A stretch of 63,313 nt of DNA, counting the filler, from Platydemus manokwari (taxonomy: Eukaryota), in the NCBI GenBank assembly GCA_037951405.1. It is 6 parts of 6 records of this genome, joined end to end, with 100 filler letters (N's around TTAATTAATTAA, not from the genome) between each part and the next. Parts side by side here need not be neighbours in the genome. Positions count along the whole stretch, not along the records: positions 1 to 9,458 come from JBBMOY011247097.1; positions 9,559 to 23,151 come from JBBMOY011678067.1; 4 more parts are not named here. One strand, given 5' to 3'. Shown piece after piece: positions 1-13,280 of this stretch. Positions within the stretch are counted from its first letter, which is position 1. Every line of letters begins with the position of its first letter. Both the position numbers and the translations under genes were made by a program. The notes under the pieces were generated by a model. The model was not told the origin of the DNA, searched no databases, and saw nothing but the letters and a program-made list of their open reading frames with translations.

Positions 1-1101
1 GGTTGTGATTACAAAACAAATTTAACCCGATTTTCTAGGAGGTGTTGTAACGATAAATAGACAGATGAGATCGAAACATACACTGAAAATAATTCACGAG
101 GGATTCTGTTAATTAGTCTAAAAGAAAACTTTAGCATATTTGGTCAATTCAGAACTGAGAAGTTTCTGCCTCATCGACTCTAAGTTTCAAGAGCAAATAA
201 TAATAGTCTTTGCTCAAACATCATAATCCCATTTAGCAAATTAGTGAGCCTTACTGGTATATCTAAGCATGGTAAAAAGACAATCTTTTTTGCCATCTTT
301 AACTCGTAAATGTATCATTTTAAAAAGTCAAAGATTCTATCTGATAATTGGAAACAATTTGGAGAAATATTTATAAGAGGCTTGTTAGAAATTGGGAATC
401 AAACAAGAAATCAGCTCATCATACTAGCATCAATCGAAAGAGCTAGCATAAGAGCCATCTGGACGGTAAGAGTTATGATGGTAGGTATCTTAAAGGAAAA
501 AATGCCCTTTGAACTGAATTGTTGACAAGTATCCTAAAGCCCCTACCGAATTATCAGATTCAAGACATGCAGAGATTTATTTCCTTATGCGAAAAGATCA
601 AGACCATTAGACTGAATGATAGGATGGAGTGGACCTAAACAGAGGGCGAGTAATGTGGTTAAATAAACAAGCACGCTATAATTTTTTAAATAATTGATTG
701 GCGGATTAGTTTAGTTTTTTTTTTAATAAATATTATATCTACAATTGTCAGTTATGTAAATATTTATATATTATTATGGATATTATTAATAAGAAATAAA
801 ACATTAATCAGAAATTAATTAATAGAAATATTAATAGAATTAATAAAATATGATTTGCAAATAAAATAATAATAAAGAGAATTTTTATTTAATTTAACGT
901 AAATGTAATATTATTTTATTTAAATGAAATGAATGAATCTGATTATTTAACTGAAAACAATGAATTACTGAATATTTGTTATGTTAAAGCTTGTAAAAGT
1001 TAAAATTAAATTTGAATTCCATTATTTGTCGCAAAAGCTGATTAATATGTCAGATATATTATGTATTTTGTAAAATTAATCAAAACTATTTGAATTATCA
1101 G

Positions 1102-2877
1102 GCTGACAATTTGTCATCTTCTGAGATCAGCTTAATTAAAAAATTGCAAGAAGTAAAACTGTATTGTGAAAGACCATCAAGTGGTATTCCTATTGGAGAA
1201 TCGGTTATTAGAATAGCATCGTGGAATTTAACTAGATTAAATGGGGACAGTTTGGGACATTCGAGCATTTTAAAAGTGTTTTGTTTAACTGTTTTAGAAA
1301 ACAACTTCTCCGCTGTGGTTCTACAAGGAATCAATAAAACAAATGCCGGGAAAATTGTAAATTCTTAATAATTGTTAAACTTGACAGATTCAAATAGATA
1401 TGCAGAGAATTGAATGACATTAAATATTATAAGAGCTCGAAAAAGTGGAATTATATGGGTTCTGAAAAGGAGCTGGGTAAAGCTTTTTCTGGGAAAGAGT
1501 ATAGCATTATTATTTTCGATGAAGCCAAAAACATAAAAATTTTGGAGAAATTTGTTTTAGATTCTGAGGCAATCGAAAATTTGATAAAAAGTTTAATAAA
1601 TAATAAAAATAAAGAAATCCAAAACTTGAAAAATGAAAAATCCAAGGAAATGCAAAATTTGGAAAACATATCCAAATTAGAACAGGAAATCAAAAATTTA
1701 GAAGAAATAGCAAGTGCAGAATCCAAATTTTTTACTCGACATCCATTTTTAATCAATATGAAAGTGATTTTGAATTTTTATTGAGGCTTTATCTGATTTT
1801 ATCTCCTCTAGATTGGCAAGACAGAGTTTCTAATTTTAAGTTTTCATATAAATGAGGAGTTGGTTGAAACCGAAATTCCTAATGTTGCTAAACTGGCTGA
1901 AGTTTTGAAATCAGCAGGCAAGTTTTTAATTCTTAAAAATTTAATACAATAATAAATACCGCTACAGTGAACCAATGTTTTCGGGTTGTCATAGCAACAA
2001 CATATAAAGAGACATAGATCTCTCTATATATTTACCATAACAGCAATCATTCATCGGAATACAAGTCTGTAGAGATTTGTGGCACAGAAATTATAGAAAC
2101 GTGACAGTTTTTGAGTAACATATGAAACAGTAATATTGATTTTGATCAACATGGTTTTAGTGAAAGTGATGACATGAGTTTAGAAAAATGACACAAGAAT
2201 AAATTTCATAAATCAATATATTAGTCTCGATATTGATCACATAAATAACAAAGAGGCGAGAATTCAAGAACACTTTATGTGTGTCTGTATGTGTTTATAA
2301 ACGAATTCTTAAATCCTCAAATATATATTTTTTAAAGCTTCAATTTTCACTTTAATTTCGTGTTCTTGAATTCTCTTTATTATCGTAATTTAAACAAGGG
2401 TGTCTGTGAATATCGAAGACCCTCATTTATATTTATAAACTCGTCCTTTTAATATTCTCAAATTATTTAGGTAATTTTGGCAATGTTATAATGGTCGGGG
2501 ATTTCAATATGATTATTGAGGATGACTGTTAGTAATGTGAATCAAACGATAATAATAATAATAATGTAAAATTGATTGCAGTATTTCAACGGCTGAGGGG
2601 AAATATTTCACCTTTCAAACCATTGAAGGAAATGGGTTACAAGACCTGTAATAAGTCAAAGATTGCAACAAATATTAGCAAAAACAAGTCATTTGACTAT
2701 ATTTGGATCAACAATGCATGTCAGAAATATTACATCAATAATTCAGGTGTTATCACAGAAGGCCTCGCACATGCTCATATCCCCCAATATAATTTGGAAG
2801 GTTGGGGGGCCCCTATCAGTATCCACCGTCCAATCTGGGCTGATTTTTCTTTCAAAGTATTTATTGATTTTTATTGA
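1102..2877 (+). CDS. EEPD1-like exonuclease/endonuclease/phosphatase (EEP) domain protein, copy 1 (5' end unresolved)
   Basis: Spliced exons 1102-1356, 1398-1763, 1812-1917, 2471-2527, 2582-2877 join in phase. Motifs IRIASWNL...FCLTVLENN...ICRELN, VIMVGDFN, TNISKNKSFDYIWIN...VITEGL..IP...WG.PIS.H.PIWADF are colinear with the EEPD1 C-terminal domain as I recall it. Start exon(s) not confidently placed. Confidence 0.8.
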
Positions 2878-3790
2878 AGATAATTTTTAGTTAACGAATA
2901 ATTTATAAAATACCTGTGATTTTTTTGTAATTTGAGAACAATTTTATAATATCCATCGGCATGTTGTGGTGCTCATTAGCAATAATGGGCAATGCCAGTA
3001 TTTTTGAATATTCACAGATTTACTTCTGATTTATATATTAACATCGATATCTGCCTTTAATATTTGTTGGTCTTCAAATTTCAATTGAATAACAACAATT
3101 ATTTATATAATTGAAAGGATTCGAATGAGGAATTGTATATTTGTATACAGATATGTTGTTAGGTGCTGTCAATATTCGTAAAAGAAAGTAATTATATGTA
3201 GTTTGTATAAAGTGAATTAGATATGAATTTGAATTAATAAATATTTTAAAAATAAGAAAAATAAATGAGGATAAGTTATCTACTTGATTATATTATTATA
3301 AAATAATTATATTTATATTTAATAATAAATTCCAACAATAATACAATGAAAGAATTGAGAATTAAATAATATTTGCTGATAATGATGAGCAGGAAGTGCC
3401 ATTTTGATAATATTGATAATGATGAAATAAAATAATATAAATTACTAAAAAAACAATATACGAGGTTAAAATATTAAAATCAATCATTTATATTTTATCA
3501 GTTGAAAATGAAAATAGATAAAGATGAAGCTCATGAAATAAAATAAATCATTTCGAATCAGCAGTCATTAAATCGCAATAGATAAAATAGTTCATACACA
3601 ATTTGTGTCATTGAAGTTTGATAGAATCAATAAGCATTTAAATCATTTCAAAGGATGTAGGTGTGAATCGTTTAAAATATTTTGCAAAATCTTGTTCTTC
3701 TGCCGAGAAGTGCTTCGTATTTATATGGCGTGTGTTTTTTGGTTGAATATTTTATTATTTTGAAATTTTTGTTTTTAGTTTATTTTCTTT

Positions 3791-5186
3791 TATGTCTGGA
3801 ATTTAACTAGTTTTGATGAAAATCTTTATTTAGATAAAAATAGGATTTTTGAATACCGATGTGAAATTACTAAAATATGACTTTTTAACAAAGTTTTGTG
3901 AAACCGTTTGGAAAAACAATTTATCTGTTATTGTTTTACAAGTCTCCACTGGTCCAAAAACTGCTGAAAATGTAAATTTTTAATGAATGTCAACCCTTAA
4001 CAGCTTCTACTAGATATGCAATAGGTTGAATAATGGCCCATATTCTCCAACTTCAACACAATGGTGTTATAAATTAATTGAGATGAATAATGATTTTGTA
4101 AATTGTGGATTCGTGATTTTCGATGAAGCCAGGAAAATTGAAATTTCAGATATTCATATTTCTGATTATAATTCGGCGAAATTCAGCGATTTGAAAAATA
4201 ATTTATCAGTCGGAGAATCCAAATTATTTACACGAGATCCAATTTTAATCAATCTCAAAATGATTTTTTATTTTTAAAGGAATCTTTGTAATTTTATCTC
4301 TGCTAGATTGACGAGACGATGTTTCAAATTTTAAATTTTCTAATAATGCAGAGTTCGGCCTTGAAAGAAATTTTCTATGTGGCGAAATTGGCTGAGGAAT
4401 TGAAATTAGCAGGCAAACTTTTGATTTTTAAATATTTAATGATTTTAAACAATAATGAATGCCGCTTCAGCCTATAATTATTATTACCCATTGTCATAGC
4501 AACAACATATAATGAGAAATATATTCGCTCGGATAAGAATCTGTGAAGATTTATAGCATAAAAGTAGAGAAATGATAAAATATTTGAGAAATAGATGAAA
4601 CAGTAATATTGATTTGGATCAACAGGGTTTGAATGAAGGTGGTGACTGTACAAGAATAAATAAGTCGGTACAGAGAATTTATAGAATAAAGAGACAGATT
4701 CGAATTATCTTCATCATTCATATTCTCTAGGATTGGAACCTCTAATTTGGCAATCAATGCAAAATTATGAAAAATAGAGCAAACACCTTTCATATTTCTA
4801 AATTTTCCATTTTAATATTCTCGTATTATTTAGGTAATGGCACTGTTATAATGATCGGTAATTTCAATATGAGTCTTGATGGTGAATGTTAGAAATGTGA
4901 ATCAATCGATAACAATAACAATTTATGTATTTCAGCTTTCAAACCATTGAATAATATGGTGATTTACAAGTGCAGTATTGATCCCAAGATTATGACAAAT
5001 ATCAGTCAAGCCGATTCATTTAATAATACGAAGGTTAAGGAGGCATGTCGAAAATATTACACCAATAATCTAGATTTTGACACAAGTGATTTCATTCGTG
5101 ACCTTATTGAAATTGACATGAATCATTTAGATGTACCTGTCAGTAACCACTGTTTGATTTGGACCGAATTTCGCATTGGTGTTTGA
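3791..5186 (+). pseudogene. EEPD1-like tandem duplicate, degenerate (copy 2)
   Basis: Exon and intron sequence is alignable to copy 1. There is a frame break between WNLTS and FCETVWKNN, the donor equivalent to 1764 is GT->AT at 4260, GDFN->GNFN, and the FDYIW motif is lost. Last exons 4834-4887 and 4936-5186. Confidence 0.7.
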
Positions 5187-6413
5187 GTGAGTTTTATATT
5201 GATTTTCTAATTAGAATTTATTTTATAAAAATTCCGTGAGTTGATAATTTTGTTTCCATAGAAATCGATTATAACAAATTCGTTTATAGCTACTGTTTAT
5301 AACTTTATGTGCTCTTGTCAAAAGTATGAATAAAAATAAAAAATCCAATCAATTTAGAAAAGATCAAGGATAATGTATGCCATTTTTTGTTAAAGATAAT
5401 AAAAATATGGAAAAATAAATTTATTGACAGTGCATTTGCATTGAGGTGCAATTGTGAACTCAATAAAATGAATTGATCATTAATGTAAAAACATGACGAT
5501 GTCAACTGCTATCGTTCTTCAGAGATTTATTTCTGATTTTGTGATTAAAAATGACAACAATCCACTCTAGTGTTCTATTTTATATCCAATCACATTGGTA
5601 ATGCCATTTCTGCCATTACATGTGATAGAATATCTATGTGATTTGTGACAGATTTGATTTTATCTATTCGTATGAGTTTTGATTTGGCTTGATCATAAAT
5701 ATTTTTATTATAAATATATATTATCATAAATATAAAATTATATTTCCTTATTAAACTATAAATATAACTTTTCTTTGCAGCAGAATGAATAACGGTTTAC
5801 ACGTGATTCTTTGCAAGTCAACCAAATTAACACGATATAATTGTTGGACAATGAGTATGGCATTAGTTTTAGTGAATTACATATATTTTCGATTTATTGA
5901 TTAACATTGATATCTCTCTTTAATATTTGTTAGTCTTATAATGAGTGTCCAGTGAAATTATCGGTTATATTAGTGGATTTTGGTTTAATTTTATTTTATT
6001 TCTTGGATTAAATGATTATTTTGATTATATATAATGATAATAATGTGGTATTATATTGATCCTGGAAGATTTTTATATATAATGTTAGGCTATAAATGAA
6101 ATTAAATGCCAGTAATAATTTTTATAAAAATCGTAATCGGACAATATAAATTCAAACCTGAAATGAAGTGTTCAGTTTGGATAATATAGATGATGACGTC
6201 AGACTTATCAAGAAAGAAACTGATGTCTCAAAGCCAGAATTAGAGGCTTTGGATACGCCGTAGAATCTGAAACATATGTAATATGTTGGACAACACTGTA
6301 TGAAAATAAATAAAGCCAAAAAAGTCTAGGCACAATCAATTTAATTCGATCAAGGATAGCTATGCACAGTTTTCGAAATCACAAGGAACTAAACTAAGTA
6401 GAATGTTGACAAT

Positions 6414-7004
6414 AGCATTGGATTAGAGATAATAACTTACTCAACAGAGGTCAAGAATGCGGTTCTAAATACGAGGGTTGTATCAAACACATCGCCATTC
6501 TAAATAGTGCTCTTAAACATTCAAAATATACCAGACATGTGTCCATTTTTGTTGTTTGGCATGACATTGCAAACGCCTTTGCCAGTGTCGCACATAAATA
6601 TTTATAGGATCTGCTGCGTTTTGACTTCTTTGTCGATATTCTTGAATTTTTCGATACTGTTATTAGTTCATTTTATGTCTGTGGGCCTATTGCTAAACCG
6701 GACTTGCCTATTCAGAGAGGCGTCAAACAGGCTTGGCTTATATCGATGGCTCTATTTGCTTTGGCAATTAACCCAGAACTTGAAACCATTGAAATTTTAT
6801 CAGTTTCTAATTTCTTCATAGGAATTACCTCTGTTAAGGCTCTAGCTTACGCTGATGATATTGCTTTGACTGCCAATAATACTCCTGATCTACAAAAACT
6901 AATCAATAAAGCTGTTTGGGTAATTGCATGCGGTCGTTTAGAATACCGGTCAGACAAATTTGCCTTTATAAGTTAACCACGTGAAAACGCTGATAATGTT
7001 TTGT

Positions 7005-7071
<67 letters not shown>

Positions 7072-7302
7072 TCTATATTGTAATATCTATTAATAATGTA
7101 AAAATTAAAATATTGTTGACTAAAGAATTTTACATGTATCTTGGTGTTCCGGTTGGTGATAAAAATGACCAATCTCCTTACGAGATTTTGAAAAAACTGG
7201 TAATTGATCTTGGTAAAATAGTCAAATCTGATCTATGGGATTGGCAAAAGCTCAAATTGTATAGAATTTTCCTACAATCCAGACTTGTTCATGCGTTTAA
7301 AG
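6414..7302 (+). mobile_element. RLE-clade (R2/NeSL-like) non-LTR retrotransposon RT fragment
   Basis: RGVKQ, LFALAINP, ALAYADDIAL, YLGVP and WQKL motifs, with frameshifts. Nucleotide similarity to the minus-strand copy at ~20260-21000. Confidence 0.85.
7008..7070 (+). repeat. (AAT)21 microsatellite inside the RT fragment
   Basis: Directly visible perfect trinucleotide repeat. Confidence 0.97.
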
Positions 7303-7423
7303 GTATAGAAGAAATATGCCAAAAAATTGATTTATTTTTAAATATACAAATATTTATTGATAATACACAGTTTCTTACAATACAAATCAGATAGTGTCCG
7401 ACACCATCACCATATGGTGGTGA

Positions 7424-9235
7424 TTAACCATCACCATGATTAACTCCTTTTCTGAAGATCATGTTTATATCCAGGCTCCGTAAATGATATAGCCATGTTT
7501 GGAATTGTGGAGTTATAGGATTCTTAGTCTTCAGCATGAATGTGATTGCTTTATGATCCGTTCTTAGTGTAAATCTTTTAACGAATAAATAGTGATTAAA
7601 ATGCTGACAAAAGTAATATATTGCTAATAATTCCTTCCTTGTAATACAATATCCTTTCTCGTGTTTGCTCATTGCGTGAGATCCATACGCAATGACTCGT
7701 TCATTTCCTTGCTTATCTCGTTGCGATAACACCGCTCCTATTGCATCGGTATCTAGAATGAACTCATTGTTATAATCAGGGAATGACAAGATCGGTGCTT
7801 CTGTCAGCGCTTTTTTCATGTCTTCGAATACGTTGCTGCATGCTTCATTCCAAATGAGATTTTCATTATTTTTACCACATAATTCTTCTAGTGCTCTTGA
7901 TTTTTTTAGAGTATTCCTTTATAAATCTACTCTAATATCCACAAATTTCAAGAAAGCTTCGTAGGTTTTTTATACATTTTGGTCTTTCAAATTTATCTAT
8001 TGCTTCAATCTTTTTTGGGTCTGTCTTGATATCTTCTTCATTTATGATATGACCCAGGAACTTAATTTATTTGCTCATTGTTTTACATTTTTCTGGATTA
8101 ATTCGCAGTACTGCATTTCCTATTCTTTTTATTACTTCTTCCAGTATTTCGTAGTGTTCCTCTATCGTTTTTGAGAATATTAATATATCATCCAAATATC
8201 CTAGTAAAACAGTATTGCCCCTCTTTTGTCGAGAATGCTGTTTTTTCTTGTGATTCTTTGTAAGCTCTACCTGGTAATATGCATTTCCCAAGTCACAATC
8301 TTTCCTTTCTATCCTTTCTATCTTTTTTCCATATACATACAACTGGTGTATTCCACGGTGAATAACATTTTCTTATAATGTTGTTTTCTCTTAAATTCTT
8401 GATTGCCTTTTCTACCTTTCCTTCTAAATTTGCTGGTTGTATACGAGGTTTGATATTTATGGGACTTCCATTTGTTACAATTTTGTATTTTACTAACTTT
8501 GTACAACCGATGTCCCAATAATCAGCAATAAATACGTTAATATTCTCTTTTAATATTCTCCATAAACGAGATCCTTCTTTCACTGCAAGACATTCTTTTG
8601 TTTTCTCGAATCTACCTTCATCAGTTATATTTCTACGAAATCTCGCTGTTATCGCATAGATGGAGGTATTTAATTCTGTTTCTTTGTGATGAGGATTCTT
8701 TTTCCATGGTAATTCTAATCCAAATTCTTCTTGAAACTCTATTCCGCCAATAATCTTAGGTTTCATGTTCTCAACTATTATGAATGATATCGTCTTGGCC
8801 TGACTTAATAACTTGACTTTTATTCTTATTCTACCAACAACCTCTAATCTACTGTCGTTGGCACATCGTAAACTTCCACTTGTGTATTCGATTTCTACCT
8901 GTTTGAGTGTCTCTAATACCGTCGTATCCATGACATTTACTCTTGCACCAGTGCCTAGCAAGCAATCAAATTCTTTGTTCTCTATTTTAATAGTAATACT
9001 AGATCTTCCTTGCATTTTACCATAAAAAATCTGGGGAAGCTTCAACTCCTTGATCGTTAATATTCTTACTATTTTCTCATCTTCTTGTTCTTCTATCATC
9101 TTGTCAGTCATCTCCTCTTGTCAAAATTTAGCAACTTTCCATTCTACTCTCTTTTCTGATTCTATATCATCGTTGTTACCGGTTACAATTTGTTTTCCTT
9201 CTTTCCAGTTTTTATGTTCTGGAGATTGCCTTTAG
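7424..9235 (-). mobile_element. Ty3/Gypsy LTR retrotransposon pol remnant (PR-RT-RNase H), internally deleted
   Basis: Protease CLLGTGA (D->G), SPWNTPVVCIWKKD, DLGNAYYQV, YLDDILIFS, RNase H FILDTDA.IGAVLSQ...ELLAI...TDHKAI, in Gypsy PR-RT-RH order. Truncated before integrase. Confidence 0.92.
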
Positions 9236-9458
9236 TTTTTATTTTGTTTATTTTATTTGAATTACTTATATTATAAATATTAATATGACTATTTACATCT
9301 TGCTCAGACTTATATTTACTGTTTAGTGTATTGCCCCGACACACTCTCCTGGAGTCAACGCGTTCTCTTTTGGGTGTACTTCGTTATATTGCGAATCCAA
9401 TTTTTGTTCGAACGCCGCAAATTGTTCATTGTTTCGGTTCGCCATTCTGAAATTTTGT

Positions 9459-9558
9459 NNNNNNNNNNNNNNNNNNNNNNNNNNNNNNNNNNNNNNNNNN
9501 NNTTAATTAATTAANNNNNNNNNNNNNNNNNNNNNNNNNNNNNNNNNNNNNNNNNNNN
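9459..9558. other. Artificial contig linker (44 N + TTAATTAATTAA + 44 N)
   Basis: The same 100-nt structure recurs at 23152-23251, 33052-33151, 42094-42193 and 51746-51845. The 12-mer places stops in all six frames. Confidence 0.95.
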
Positions 9559-12399
9559 ATGATTTGCTACAGCACACACACAAGTGTTTACATCTGGTGT
9601 CAAATTCCGGTTATTAAGTTATAGACCCAATACATGCTATATCTCTGGATTTCTTATTTTTATTTGATAGTTTAGGATATATTTATGCATTATCATATGT
9701 TGCCCCTATGGGCTTTTTTCTATCAAAGTTTAGAAAATAATTCTAATTAATATTGAGCATTTAATTTTCGATTTCAAATTATGCAAATTTAAAAATATTC
9801 AAGAAAATTTTAAAAAGTGAAAATCAATCACAGAGAGTGCTTAGCAACTTAATTTTATAAAATCATTTTCAAGACACTTCCTAGCTCAAGTTAAAGTTCC
9901 TAATCCTGACTTTTTCAATGCAATTTCGGATTACTTGGACGGTATAGAAAAACATTTTTAAAACCATTAAAAATCGATCCAGGTTAAAAACATTTATCTT
10001 AAAACAATATTGTGGTTATCGATTTGTTTAATCCGATCAATTGCTTCTTTGTCTTATTTCATCTATTCAAATAATTTCATTTTATAGAAAGTGTTTGTAT
10101 TGAAATTTACTTTTTTATTTTTATTTTTAGTGAAATCTACCAATGACATGTCATATTTTAAAGTTCAAACATTTCAATTCCTGGTTTTCCACAAAATCTT
10201 GGAATTTTTCGAGTTGAAAACAAAAATTAAATTGTAAAGTTATTGAAAGCCAATTGATAATTTGTGATTCAAAATCATCTCGCTGAATGCATCATGGTTA
10301 TACGGAATCAATAAATTATTGACTTTTAAAGTTGATTACTATATTTCGACAATATTATTGATTGAATTAATGAACAAAATAAAAAATGAAAATCAATGAG
10401 AAGAAATATCGAGAAGATAAAAACCAACAAAGATTGAGAACTGCACAAGAATACAGTTGTAACGCATTGGTGATTGATTGATTCACATAATTGACAAGCA
10501 TTTCGGTCAATTATTCGATATTTATAAAACGAAATCACAATATTGAGAAATGATGTTTGTTGTTCGAGATTTCAAGATCAATAGTGCCGGAAAATGTAAA
10601 CATTTGAAAATGACAGAACAAACAAAATCAATGACGAAATAATAAATTACTGTGTGTTGTTTACGTTTATACTTTCAAATCATTGGATAAATTTTATAAA
10701 GAAAATCAATAATTTGATCGATTAAAGAAACAAATAACCTGGTGTTAAAAAAAATTGAAAACCAAACAATAGATTTTATCATTAATCAATATTTTAGCTC
10801 CATTTTTATTGGTTTATTGAGATAAAGCAGAAACAATCGGTAACGAGAGATGAAACTAAAAAATTACCAAATAAAATGATAGATTGGCGAGAATCTTGTG
10901 ACAAAGCGAATTTTAAATTATTGGATTGCAAGAATGATAGCGCGCGCAAGTGATCAGGATTAAGATTGTTTGTTGTTTTCATTATTGTACAGAAGGTCAC
11001 AAAATGCGTCTTGGAGTGAAATCAAATAATTTTTATTTTGGAAAAGGATCTCTTTCGTCTATATATATCCACATCATGAGATATCCACTGCATCGTCAAA
11101 TTTGATGTCAATAATTCCATTATCAATCAATAAACAGATTTCGTCCCTGTCCAATATTGAGATTTTATTGATTGCAAATTATTGACCAAGCCAACAATCG
11201 AGATGAACATCAGAATTGATTTTTAATCATTTAAAACACAGCTGAAATATCGACCAATCTGAAGGCTTTGCTTAAACAAATAGATTTCGATGAAACTCAT
11301 ATCGAGTTAATAATGAAAATCATTCATTGGTGTTGAAATCAATGAATTTTTGTTGATCAGCTGGCCGATATTTTGAATAAAATTATCCATTTATTGATTG
11401 TCTATTCTTTGATTTGATTTTGATTATTTTTCAAATTGTATTCAAATCAATCGATACAGTTCATTGTTTTTGTTTGAGATTGATTTAAGAATCTAAATGA
11501 GCTCAACACATCAATGTAAAATTTGTGAAAGTGTGAAGATTAAACTATAAACGTACTATTTTTAAAAATATTCTCATCAAACCATCCTAATAATGATTTG
11601 TTAATATTTCTGACATTTTGATTCGTTGAATAAATACAGAATAAAATCATCATTATTGAGTTGATGAAATTTCGATTGATGAATTATTGATTATTATATT
11701 GTGTTTCGTGAACGAATATTCTATCAGTGACCGTAGGAGACCTGTGCTTCAGCTGGAAGCTTGGAGGTGTTGGCGCTAATTTTATTTGGATTTTAAAATT
11801 TAATTAACGTTTGGCTGATAAAGATTTATTAGAGTCATTAATGATGCTTTAAAATTATGATTATAGGAATAAAGTAATTTACGCTTGATTGGTTCATGTT
11901 CATCATTTATTCCTTCCTTTTCGAATCGAATTCCAACCGTTTATCATCAGTGCTTTCAGCGCATTCTAAAATATTCAATCTTGGACACAGGCTTTTAACA
12001 TCAATTGTGTCTCCTTTGCCTTTATTGATTTTACACTTTATTTTGGAAATATTCCATCAAAACTGCTTATATTACGGTATGTGAATAATTAGTTTTTAAT
12101 ATCAATTTCAGACAATAGATCACAGATCGCTTCATATGACGACTTAGTTGCTTTATTACCAGAATCGATATCGAAAATATTGCCATCATCGAGTCTCTAA
12201 AATAAATATTTTAGCCATTAACAACAACTACAACTCCTTTGTTGTCTCTAAATCTCCTGAATATCTCTTTGTTAATACTTTCTTTTTCAATCTTATCCCC
12301 CGAATATTATCTTTTCCTTTCATTCTTCCAATTCTACCTCACTTTTGGCCATCGACATATATATTTATTATAGTTTATTTTATTTTTATTTCTACATAA

Positions 12400-13280
12400 C
12401 CAATTTCCATGTACAAGACCGTATCTAGAATATGTTGCGAAAAAATATCTGAGAGAAAATTTTATTCATTATAATCAAAACTAGCTCTTTCCTTAAAATA
12501 ATAATCGACTTTCATACGAAACATTTAAGCATCTCTTCTTCAAAATGCATATCTACTAATTTGTTTGAAACCTGGTGCTTACTGTTTGGTAATAACTTTC
12601 TGAATGTTAGGCTTCATATGAGACAGCAAAATGAATGTCTTGTCAATTGATTACATCAATGTTATTTCCTTGATTTTCAACAGATCATTTCTTTTCTTAG
12701 AGCCGGCATTCACTAAATCTGTTAAATAGTATTCTAAGATTTACACCGCATCTTTGACTTTAATCTACAATAAGTTGTTGATATTTACCATGTTACCAGG
12801 ATAGGACATATCATCCAGCTTGACCCTTTCAATATTACCGAGAAATATATAATCTCATTTTCAATTATAAACTTATTGATATCTTATCTTTTGTGGGATC
12901 ATTAAAACTGTAGACTGTTTTTTACTGTTCTTCAAGGTGTTCTTTATAATCACTGTTTATAACCGTGCCTATGACTTCTCATAAGAATTGTCTACAGTTC
13001 ATTGAGAGTTACCAAGTTTAATTGTATCTGGAAATTTACAACATTAAGCATGCATATAAAACCCAAAAATATTCTCACATCGATTCAAGTCAGCTCGTAT
13101 CTAACTGAACTTTTCTTATTAAATAACTGCATCATTTTGTGCAAAAAAAATATCAATCTTTCCCTAATAATTAAAAGTGAGAATTAACCTTCTCAGCATC
13201 ATAATCTCAACATTGTATGGTTTCCCATAATTTTATAGGAATCTCTGAGGTCATTCATTTCTTTATCATTGACACTGAAA
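12400..13280 (-). mobile_element. Highly decayed LINE-like (CR1/L2-group?) RT remnant
   Basis: Only weak minus-strand fragments (KFPDTIKLG ~ G.FP..LK.A; YSRYGLVHGN ~ LRYG...WG). Many stops. Confidence 0.25.

Noticed and set aside
1-670. Possible 3' end of an L1/Tx1-like ORF (RAIWTVR, then AATAAA)
   Set aside because: Single weak motif with no recognisable CCHC or RT; unsupported.
2984-3078. Segment similar to ~5850-5940
   Set aside because: Explained as the downstream flank of the EEPD1-like tandem duplication; no convincing ORF.
9236-9458. Possible polypurine tract plus TG start of another LTR element on the minus strand
   Set aside because: Cut by the gap; no second LTR or protein motif.
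9503-9514. TTAATTAATTAA as a biological motif or repeat array
   Set aside because: Always centred in N runs; assembly linker.
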